DNA of 64,000 nucleotides, from positions 50,049 to 114,048 of the forward strand of contig CAWBMV010000016.1 of assembly GCA_963789955.1 (NCBI GenBank), written 5' to 3'. The stretch comes from an uncultured Candidatus Rokubacteria bacterium. Lineage in GTDB: Bacteria > Methylomirabilota > Methylomirabilia > Rokubacteriales > CSP1-6. The stretch's first letter is position 1; every line of letters begins with the position of its first letter. Below are positions 9,984-18,101 of this stretch, piece by piece. The notes under the pieces were generated by a model. It worked only from the letters and a program-made list of their open reading frames with translations. It was not told where the DNA came from and made no database searches. The position numbers and the translations under genes were made by a program.

Positions 9984-10888
9984 CCCGGCGCCGCCCGGCC
10001 CTGGAGCGCGATCCAGTCGCTCCGGCCGCCGATCCAGCCGCGCACCACTCTGGCGATGGGCAGCTCGTCACCCGCGGTGATCGCGCGCGCCGCGAGCTCG
10101 TCGAGTCGCGTGAGCCGCGCGCGCACCGCCGCGAGCTCCGCCAGGAATGCCGCGAACGTCGCGAGCAGCGCGCCGCCTTCCACCTCGGCGTGGAGCGTGA
10201 ACACGTTGATGCCCGGCCGCACCGCCTGCGCGAGCGCCTGCGGGACGTTCGCGACGCGGCCCATGACCTCGTCCATCGTCGGCATCGTCGTCGGCAGCTG
10301 GATGGTCTCGAGCGCGCCGTCGCCGACGCTCGGCCGGAACGGCGTGTCGCCACGCGTGTCGCTCGCGTAGCGGAAGCCGCGGCCGTCCTGGACCGTGAGC
10401 GCCAGCGGCGAAGTCCGCCACCCGGGCGCCGCGCTCGCGGATGGCGCGACGCCGACCGCGGCCAGGAACGACCGCGCGGCCAGATCCAGATCGGCGCGGA
10501 TCGCCACGTGGTCCAGTCGATGGATGCGATCCTGCCAGCCGACGTGGTCCCAGCCGTGCGGCGCGACCTCGTGCCCTTCATCGGCGATCTGACGGAGCAT
10601 CGCCGGCGCGCCGGCGCCGACCAGCCTCGCGGGCACGAGCGTGCCGGACAGCAACGTGCGGAGCCCGTAGAGCTTGAACGGGTTCGTGCGCCACATCTTG
10701 GCGAGAAAGCTCGGGCGCAGCGCGCGGCGGATCGCCCGCCCGGAGTGGTCCGGCCCCATGGTCACGAAGAAGGACGCGCGGACTCCGAGGCGCCGGAAGA
10801 GCTCGAGCAAGCGCGGGACCCCTTCGTCCAGACCACGGCGCGTGTCGACGTCCACGCGCAGGCCGACCGTCGCGCGATCGGTCAGCAT
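9980..10888 (-). CDS. arnD: ArnD-like deformylase (polysaccharide deacetylase fold)
   Basis: GLRVDVDT, MGPDHSGRA, HGWDHVGWQD, SAAPGW and TLHAEVEG match ArnD. Confidence 0.85.
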   Translation of the reverse strand: MLTDRATVGLRVDVDTRRGLDEGVPRLLELFRRLGVRASFFVTMGPDHSGRAIRRALRPSFLAKMWRTNPFKLYGLRTLLSGTLVPARLVGAGAPAMLRQIADEGHEVAPHGWDHVGWQDRIHRLDHVAIRADLDLAARSFLAAVGVAPSASAAPGWRTSPLALTVQDGRGFRYASDTRGDTPFRPSVGDGALETIQLPTTMPTMDEVMGRVANVPQALAQAVRPGINVFTLHAEVEGGALLATFAAFLAELAAVRARLTRLDELAARAITAGDELPIARVVRGWIGGRSDWIALQGRAAPG

Positions 10889-11819
10889 CAGAGACGCGTC
10901 CCCGGGCGCACAGCCCGGCGCGCCGCCCAGCGGTCGGCAGGCTCGGCGACGCCGCCGGCGCTTTGCACGCGCGTGATCAGGAGCATGCCCCGGCCCGTCG
11001 CCACGGCGATGCCGCGCGCCGGAACGATCTCGACCACGGTCCCCGGCGCGGCGTCGCTCGCCGAATCCTCGTGGATCGACGCGGCCCACAGGTGGACACG
11101 CGCCGGGCCGTCGCCGACGAACGCGCCGGGATAGGGCTCGGCGACCGCGCGAATCATGTTGAAGATCCGGGCGGCCGGCCAGGTCCATTCGATCCGGCCG
11201 TCCTCGGGACGTCGCCGCGGCATGGTCGTCGCCAGCCTCGGATCCTGTGGGATCCGCGGCGCCCGGTCGGCGAGCACCGCCGGGTAGGACTCGAGCAGCA
11301 GCTCCACGCCGATCTTCGTCATGCGCTCGTACACGGTGAAGGCGGTGTCGTCCGGCTCGATGTCGATCGGCCGCTGGGCCACGATGTCGCCCGCGTCGGC
11401 GGTCGCGGTCATGTGATGGAGGGTGATGCCGGTGCGCGACTCGCCGTGCACGATCGCCCAGTTGAGCGGCGCACGGCCGCGGTACGCCGGCAGCAGCGAG
11501 CCGTGCAAATTCAACGCCGCGATTCGCGGCAGCGCCAGAAGCGCGGGCCCCAGGAGCCGGCGATACCACACGGAGAGCATGAGTCGGGCGCGAGCTCGCG
11601 AACGTCTCGACGGTCGCGGGGCGATTCGGCGAAGGCGGCGTGAGACAGGGAATCCGATAGATGCGCGCGACGTCGGCGACCGACTCGAACCAGCTCCGTT
11701 CACCGGGATCGTCGGCGTGGGTCACCACGGCCGCGACGTGCTCGCCTCGTGACGAGCGCCTCGAGCACGCGCGCGCCGATCGTGTGATAGGCGAAGACGG
11801 CCCACCGCGCGCGCGTCAC
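10888..11819 (-). CDS. Stand-alone ArnA-type formyltransferase (frameshifted; no decarboxylase domain)
   Basis: AVFAYHTIG, VTHADDPGE..WF, NLHGSLLPAYRGRAPLNWAI, ADAGDIV and RRPEDG motifs. Confidence 0.85.
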
Positions 11820-12586
11820 TCGAGCACCTCGGCGATCACGTAGCGCGGCCCGCGCCGCGCTTCCTGATAGATCCGGCTCACGCGCGCGCCGATCGGCCGG
11901 AGTGCGAGCACCTGGACCGAGAGGTCGAAGGCCAGGCCGAGGAGCCGCAGCGGCCCGTACCGGGAGCGTCCGTGCTCGCGGGCGCGGTGGTCGACGGGAA
12001 TCTCGGTCATCGAGGACGCGAAGGCCGCGGCGAGCACCGGAAGGTAGCGCCGGGTGCCCCGGAACGCGAGGATCCGGTCGATCACCGATCGCCGGTACGC
12101 GCGCAGCATGCATCCGTAGTCGCGAAGCCGTACGCCGATCGCGGCCGACGTCACGTGATTGACGAGCCAGGACGCGGCCCGCCGGCCCCAGGGATCGCGC
12201 CGGCTCACGCGCCGCCCGCCGACGACGTCCGCGCCGGTTTCGAGCGCCGCGAGCAGCCGCGGAATCTCCTCGGGCGGATTCTGCAGATCGGCGTCGAGCG
12301 TCACGACGATCTCGCCGCGGGCGCGCTCCATGCCGGCGAACAGCGCGGCGTGCTGCCCGTAGTTGCGATTGAACCGGATCATCCGCACGGCCGCGTCGCG
12401 GGCGCGGAGCGCGCGAAGGACGTCCGCCGAGTCGTCGCGGCTCCCGTCGTCCACGAAGATGATCTCGTGCGGGCGGCCGATCTTCTCGAGCGTGCGCGCG
12501 AGCCGCTGATGGAGCGCGACGAGACTCGGCGCCTCGTTGAACACGGGGATCACGATCGACAGCGCCGGCCGCGCGCCGTCGCTCAT
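11816..12586 (-). CDS. arnC: ArnC-like GT2 polyprenyl-phosphate glycosyltransferase
   Basis: SIVIPVFNE, DDGSRD, RNYGQHAA, DADLQNPPEEIPRL and DYGCMLRAYRR motifs. Confidence 0.85.
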   Translation of the reverse strand: MSDGARPALSIVIPVFNEAPSLVALHQRLARTLEKIGRPHEIIFVDDGSRDDSADVLRALRARDAAVRMIRFNRNYGQHAALFAGMERARGEIVVTLDADLQNPPEEIPRLLAALETGADVVGGRRVSRRDPWGRRAASWLVNHVTSAAIGVRLRDYGCMLRAYRRSVIDRILAFRGTRRYLPVLAAAFASSMTEIPVDHRAREHGRSRYGPLRLLGLAFDLSVQVLALRPIGARVSRIYQEARRGPRYVIAEVLE

Positions 12587-13899
12587 CGCCCGGCCTCCCG
12601 GACCAGCAGGCAGTCGTTGTGGCCGCCGAAGCCGAACGAGTTCGAGATGGCGGCGCGGATGCGGGCGGGCACGGCGGTGTTGGGCACGTAGTTGAGGTCG
12701 CATTCGGGATCCGGCACGCGGTAGTTGATCGTCGGCGGGGCGATCTGGTCGCGCACCGCCAGCACCGTGGTCGCGAGCTCGATCGCGCCCGCGGCCGAGA
12801 TCGTGTGGCCGATCATGGATTTGGTCGAGCTCACCAGGAGCCGCGGGGCCTCGGCGCCGAACACGGTCTTGATCGCGGCGGTCTCCACACGGTCGTTCAT
12901 CGGCGTCGAGGTTCCGTGCGCGTTGACGTAGTCGACGTCGGGCGGGCTCAGCTCGGCGTCGGCCAGTGCCAGGCGCATCGCGCCGATGGCACCCCGCCCG
13001 TCCGGCGCCTCGTCGGTGACGCGATAGGCATCGCAGGTGGTCCCGTAGCCCGCGATCTCCGCGAGCGCCGGAGCCCCGCGACGACGCGCATGGTCGGCCG
13101 CCTCGAGGACGAGAAAGCCGGCGCCTTCGCCGATCACGAAGCCGTCGCGCCGAGCGTCGAAGGGCCGGCTCGCGGTCTCCGGCGTTCCGTTCTGGCGCGA
13201 CATGACCCCGAGCAGGCAGAAGAGCTGCACCTCGATGGGCGCGACGATGCACTCGGCGCCGCCGGCCAGCGCCACGTCGATCGTGCCGCGGCGGATCGCG
13301 CGGTACGCCTCGCCGATCGCCTGTGCCGACGACGTGCACGCGGTCTGGATCGTCGCCGTCGGTCCCTCGACCGCGAAGTGCCCGGCGAGCCGCGCGGCCA
13401 GGTACTGCGGCCACGTCCGGTAGGCCGCCCGGGCGGCGGCCCGGCGCGCGAACTCGCCGACGAATCCGGCGCGGGTCACGCCGCCGCCGGCATCGCGGCT
13501 CGCGTACGCGATGGCGCCGAGATCGCGCAGATCCTGGCGCTCGCCGCTGGTACCGACGAAGACGCCGGCGCGCCGCGACGCGAGCACCGCACGGGCGCCG
13601 GCCGCCGCGACGGCGCCGCGGGCGGCGCGCACACCCACCACGACGCCGCGGGGCTCCCGCGCATCGAGCGCTGCCTCGGCCCGGAGCTCGTCGATCAGCG
13701 CCCGATCGTCGAGCGAGGCGGCGATCTGGGTCGGAAGCCCTTCGGGATCGAAGTGGGAGATGCGCTTGACGCCCGACACGCCGGCGAGCGCGGCCTTCCA
13801 GAAGGTGTCCGCCTCGGCGCCGATCGGCGTCACCAGGTCGAGCCCGGTCACGACGACCCGCCGGCGCGCGCCCGCGTCAGGCGAGGAGCGAGTACCCAC
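12583..13899 (-). CDS. fabF: Beta-ketoacyl-ACP synthase (FabF-type, intact C-H-H triad)
   Basis: TACTSS, NAHGTST, KSMIGH and SNSFGFGG motifs. Confidence 0.92.
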   Translation of the reverse strand: MGTRSSPDAGARRRVVVTGLDLVTPIGAEADTFWKAALAGVSGVKRISHFDPEGLPTQIAASLDDRALIDELRAEAALDAREPRGVVVGVRAARGAVAAAGARAVLASRRAGVFVGTSGERQDLRDLGAIAYASRDAGGGVTRAGFVGEFARRAAARAAYRTWPQYLAARLAGHFAVEGPTATIQTACTSSAQAIGEAYRAIRRGTIDVALAGGAECIVAPIEVQLFCLLGVMSRQNGTPETASRPFDARRDGFVIGEGAGFLVLEAADHARRRGAPALAEIAGYGTTCDAYRVTDEAPDGRGAIGAMRLALADAELSPPDVDYVNAHGTSTPMNDRVETAAIKTVFGAEAPRLLVSSTKSMIGHTISAAGAIELATTVLAVRDQIAPPTINYRVPDPECDLNYVPNTAVPARIRAAISNSFGFGGHNDCLLVREAGR

Positions 13900-14629
13900 C
13901 GTCCACCGTCAGGACCTGCCCCTGGATCGCCTGCGCCGCCGGGCTCGCGAGAAAGTAGACGACGCCGGCGACTTCGTCCGCCGTCACGAGTGCCCGGCCC
14001 GGCGTGCGCTCGCGGATCGCCGCGAGCGCCGCCGTGCCGTCGGGCATCGCCTGCCACACGTCCGTCTCCACGGCCCCGGCCGACACCGTGTTCACGGTGA
14101 TGCCCTTCGCGCCGAGCTCGACGGCGAGGTAGCGCGTGAGTCCCTCGAGCGCGGCCTTCGACACGCCGATCGACGCATAGCCCGGAATGACACGCTGGCT
14201 GCCGAGGCTCGACAGCGCGATGATCCGGCCGCCCGGCGTCATGATCCGCGAGGCTTCCTGGGCCAGGATCAGCAGCGCGCGCGCGTTGGTCGCCATGACC
14301 CAATCCCACTGCTTGGGCGAGAGATCGAGCCCGTCCCGCAGCACGCCGGATGCGGCGTTGCTCACCACGACGTCGAGACGACCCGCGCGGTTCTTGATCT
14401 CGGCCACCAGCCGCTTGATCTCCGCCGGCTCCTTGAGGTCGGCCTGCAGCAGGTGCGGCACGCCGCCGCGCAGCTCCACGTCGTGCGCCGTCTTTTCCGC
14501 GGCCTCGCGATTCACGAAGAAGTTCACGAAGACCAGGGCGCCGGCCTCGGCGAAGCGCAGCGCGATCGCGCGCCCGATGCCGCGGCCGCCGCCGGTCACC
14601 AGCACGCTGCGCGGTGTCGCGTCACTCAT
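13877..14629 (-). CDS. fabL: FabL-like enoyl-ACP reductase (SDR)
   Basis: NAASGVLR, WDWVMATNARA and SSLGS..Y..IGVSKAALEGLTRYLAVEL closely follow FabL. Confidence 0.75.
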   Translation of the reverse strand: MSDATPRSVLVTGGGRGIGRAIALRFAEAGALVFVNFFVNREAAEKTAHDVELRGGVPHLLQADLKEPAEIKRLVAEIKNRAGRLDVVVSNAASGVLRDGLDLSPKQWDWVMATNARALLILAQEASRIMTPGGRIIALSSLGSQRVIPGYASIGVSKAALEGLTRYLAVELGAKGITVNTVSAGAVETDVWQAMPDGTAALAAIRERTPGRALVTADEVAGVVYFLASPAAQAIQGQVLTVDGGYSLLA

Positions 14630-14632
14630 GCG

Positions 14633-15112
14633 TCACGCGCCGCCGTCTCGCGGCGCGAGACCGGCGGGCACCGGCGTGAGCTCGCGCGCGAGCGCGCCGA
14701 GCCGCGCGGCATGGCGTTCCGCGTCGGTCCCGGGGGCCGCCGGCTCGAGCTCGTACTCGAGGGTCGCCGCCGCGACCCGGCGCGACTCGACCATCGCCGT
14801 CGCGTCGAGCACCCAGCCGTCGTCGCTTCGCCGCTCGCACCGGATCGCGAGCTGATCGCCGGGACGCACGGGATGCCGGAATGCGACGCGTGAGAGCCGG
14901 CGCAGCCGCCCGACCTCGGCGAACTCCCGGCTCAGCGCGATCAGGAGCTGGCACGCCTGCGCGAACGCCTCGACGACGAGCGCGCCCGGCAAGACCGGGT
15001 AGCCGGGAAAGTGGTCGGCGAACACGTCGTCGAGCCCGCTCACGTGCTTCGAGGTCTCGATCCGGCGAGGGACGTCGAGCTTCACGATGCGGTCCACGAA
15101 CACGAAGCGCAT
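14633..15112 (-). CDS. fabZ: FabZ/FabA-like 3-hydroxyacyl-ACP dehydratase
   Basis: MRFVFVDRI..DHFPGYPVLPGALVVEAFAQ..F..PVRPGD motifs. Confidence 0.88.
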   Translation of the reverse strand: MRFVFVDRIVKLDVPRRIETSKHVSGLDDVFADHFPGYPVLPGALVVEAFAQACQLLIALSREFAEVGRLRRLSRVAFRHPVRPGDQLAIRCERRSDDGWVLDATAMVESRRVAAATLEYELEPAAPGTDAERHAARLGALARELTPVPAGLAPRDGGA

Positions 15113-15144
15113 CCTGGTGGACGGCGCGCGGCGCCGTCGTCTCC

Positions 15145-15753
15145 TCAGGCTCCGGCGGCGAGCCGCCCGGCGGCCGCGAGCTGGCCCACGAGGTACTCGG
15201 TGACGGCGTGAACGGTCAGCCGGCTCATGACGGCCTCGACCGCGTCCGGCGAGTGCAGGTTCTTCTCGAGATAGCCGGCGAGCTGGTCGACCTCGAGGCC
15301 CGACAGGTCGAGCGGGGTCAGCGCGAGATCGTCGAGCATGCGGGTGACGAGCACCGTGACGACCTCGCGCGCGTCGCCGGAGACTCGGGCGATACCGTGC
15401 TTGGCGGCCATGTGCTCGAGCACCGCGCCGACCGTCGCCGGCGACACCATGCGCAGCTCCTCGGCCGCCACCGCGACGCGATACCGCGCCTCGAGCACGC
15501 GGGCCAGCACGCTCAGGTCGCGCCACTCGATCCGGCGCTCCTGGATCAGTCGCATCGGCAGGTCGACGCCGAAGGTCTGCTGACACTTGAAGCTCAGGTC
15601 GAGAAAGTCGATCGACTCGGCGCCGAGATCCGCGATCAGCGCGGCCTCCGCCGTCACGTTCCCCTCGTCGACGCCGAGTGATTCGACGATGAGCTTGCCC
15701 ACGCTCACGCGAACTTCGGGTCGAGTCCAGATCTTCCTGGTATCGGGCTCCAT
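15145..15753 (-). CDS. Oversized acyl carrier protein (202 aa)
   Basis: DLGAESIDFLDL phosphopantetheine motif near the N-terminus; terminal helix LTVHAVTEYL after a long insertion. Confidence 0.8.
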   Translation of the reverse strand: MEPDTRKIWTRPEVRVSVGKLIVESLGVDEGNVTAEAALIADLGAESIDFLDLSFKCQQTFGVDLPMRLIQERRIEWRDLSVLARVLEARYRVAVAAEELRMVSPATVGAVLEHMAAKHGIARVSGDAREVVTVLVTRMLDDLALTPLDLSGLEVDQLAGYLEKNLHSPDAVEAVMSRLTVHAVTEYLVGQLAAAGRLAAGA

Positions 15754-15769
15754 GCGCTCCCCGGCCTCC

Positions 15770-16516
15770 TCAGCCGATTCCGCCGTCGACGGCGATGACC
15801 TGGCCCGTGATGTAGCTCGCCTCCTCCGAGGCGAGGAACACGGCCAGCGCGGCCACCTCTTCGGGGCGACCCACGCGCCGCATCGGGATCCACTCCCGAA
15901 TCTTCGGCGCGGCCATGCCGATGAACGGACGGCTCATGTCGGTCTCGATCAATCCCGGCGCGATCGCGTTCACCGTGACGCCCCGGGCGCCGAGCTCCCG
16001 CGCCAGGGCCACGGTGAAGGCGTTGACGCCGCCCTTCGACGCCGCGTAGCCGACCTGGCCGCGGCCGGCCCGCGACGCCAGCACCGAGCTCACGTTGATG
16101 ATGCGGCCCCAGCCCTGGCGGAGCATGTGCCCGGCGCCCAGACGCGCACAGCGAAAGACGGCGTCCAGGTTGGTCTCGAGCACCGACGCCCACTCGTCGT
16201 CCGGCGTCTCGACGAACAATCCCTCGCGGCTGATCCCCGCGTTGTTCACCAGGACGTCGAGCCGGCCCGCGCGCTCGACGACCGCACCGATCAGCGCCTC
16301 GGTCTGGGCCCGGTCGCTCACGTCGGCCTGGTACACGAAGCCGTGTCCGCCGGCCGCCTCGATCGCCCCCAAGGTTTCCTTGGCGCGCTCGTGCTGCTGG
16401 CGATAGTTGATGCACACCGTCGCGCCCGCCCGCGCCAGCGCGATGGCGATGGCGCGTCCGATACCGCGCGAGGCGCCGGTGACGAGCGCGGCGCGGCCGG
16501 TCAACGCGATCTGCAT
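15770..16516 (-). CDS. fabG: 3-oxoacyl-ACP reductase
   Basis: TGASRGIG, NNAG, YAASK and ITGQVIAVDGG motifs. Confidence 0.88.
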   Translation of the reverse strand: MQIALTGRAALVTGASRGIGRAIAIALARAGATVCINYRQQHERAKETLGAIEAAGGHGFVYQADVSDRAQTEALIGAVVERAGRLDVLVNNAGISREGLFVETPDDEWASVLETNLDAVFRCARLGAGHMLRQGWGRIINVSSVLASRAGRGQVGYAASKGGVNAFTVALARELGARGVTVNAIAPGLIETDMSRPFIGMAAPKIREWIPMRRVGRPEEVAALAVFLASEEASYITGQVIAVDGGIG

Positions 16517-16523
16517 GCCGGCG

Positions 16524-17781
16524 CTAGCTCCGCATCATGAGCGCCGAGCACTCGCCGAAGAGCCCGAGCGTGAGCACCAGCACGGAGCGTAGCACCGGAG
16601 TCGTCGCGGGGCTGGGGCCCCGCCGGCCGAGGCGCGATTCTGGATCATGGTCCGACACGTCGGGCGGCACGGTCGCGTGGCGGAGCGCCGACGAGCACGC
16701 CAGGAGCTCGACGGGGCTCGCGGCGGCGCCGAGGTCGGCGTGAGCCGCCTTCAGCTTGAGCCGTGGCGCCGACGGCGTCACCGCGCCGAGCGTGCGCGCG
16801 AGCGCTGCATCTTCGGCCCGATCGTGGGCCGGGATGCCGTCGCCGTGCAAGCTCACCAGATCGGGAGCGGTCTTCGCTTCCTCGAGCACCGTGTCGATCA
16901 CTCGAGTGAGCCGGTCCGCCAGCCGCTGCGGATCGTCGCCGCCTCCGAGGCGGCCATCCCCGGCCGCCGAGGCGAAGCCGACCATCTCGCCGTGCACGCG
17001 CGCACCCCGTGCGATCGCGTGCTCGGCTTCTTCCAGCACGAGCAGGCCGCTGCCTTCACCCGGGACGAGGCCGGGCCGTCCATCGTCGCCGGCGATCACG
17101 CCGCCGCCCCAGTGCGTCGCGAAGAACAGCTCCTCGAGCTGGTCGTCGGCGCCGCCGCAGAGGGCGACGTCGAGATCGCCCTCGCTCGATGAGCCGCACG
17201 GCATCCCCCACCGCGCGCGCGCCGCCGACATGGCCCTCGGTCAGGGCCCGGCAGAATCCCTGCGCGTCATTCGCGATGGCCAGATGACCGGCGATCAGGT
17301 TCGGCAAAGTCTTCAGCGAGAAGTCGAGCGGGTTGATCGAGCGCATGCAGAAGGCGCTCGCGCGCGCCACGTCGAGCGTGCCCGGGGAGACCGTCGACTC
17401 CGACGCCGCGAGGTACTCCAGCATCGAGCCGAGATCCCAGGCGAGCATGTTCACCCCGAGCAGCACGCCGAAGCGCCGCGGATCACCGGCGCCCGCGACG
17501 AGCCCCGCGTCTTCCATCGCGAGCGCGCCGCCGAGCATCGCCAGGAGCGTCGCGCGGTTCCAGAGCTTCTGCTGCTTGCGCGGCAGGCGCGCGAGATGAG
17601 GCTGAATGGCGTCCGGCGCCACCTCGGCCCCGCGCGACGCCGGCAGCCCGAGCGCGGCGAGCCGATCCCGGCGGCCGACGGCCGAGCGCCCCGCGCAGAG
17701 CGCCTGCCAGTGCGGCTCGATCCCGACGCCGAGCGGCGAGACGACGCCGCGCCCGGTCAGCACGACGCCGCGCCCCCTCAT
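16524..17781 (-). CDS. Ketosynthase-like protein lacking catalytic residues (chain-length-factor-like; frameshifted near 17190)
   Basis: VVLTGRGVVSPLG N-terminus, LKTLPNLIAGH and PGEGSGLLVLE; the Cys motif reads TEGHVGG. Confidence 0.8.
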
Positions 17782-18063
17782 GCGCGGGCACCTCGCGCCG
17801 GGTCGCCGGCCGGCGGCTCGACGCACACGAACATGAGCGTCGCCCGCGCGATCGGCGTGCGCTCGACGTACACCTCGCTCTCCGTCTCGGCGACGCTCGT
17901 CCCGTCGGCCACCGACGTGAGCCCGCGGAGCGTGGCACGAGCGCAGCCGGTCGCCCGCGGCAGCGACGCCCGCGAGACGGCAGTCGGGCACCTTGAGGAG
18001 CAGCGGCAAGCGGCTCCGGCCGAGGTGACGGAAGACGATCTCGTCGACGAATTGGTAGCGCAT
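17778..18063 (-). pseudogene. Second FabZ-like hotdog protein, shortened and frameshifted
   Basis: MRYQFVDEIV start like the neighbouring FabZ, joined directly to FRHLGRSRLPLLLKV; the HFPG..PG..E core is missing. Confidence 0.55.
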
Positions 18064-18101
18064 GCAGAGACGGGTCGAGCGACCGGAGACGAGTGGTGGC
18101 G

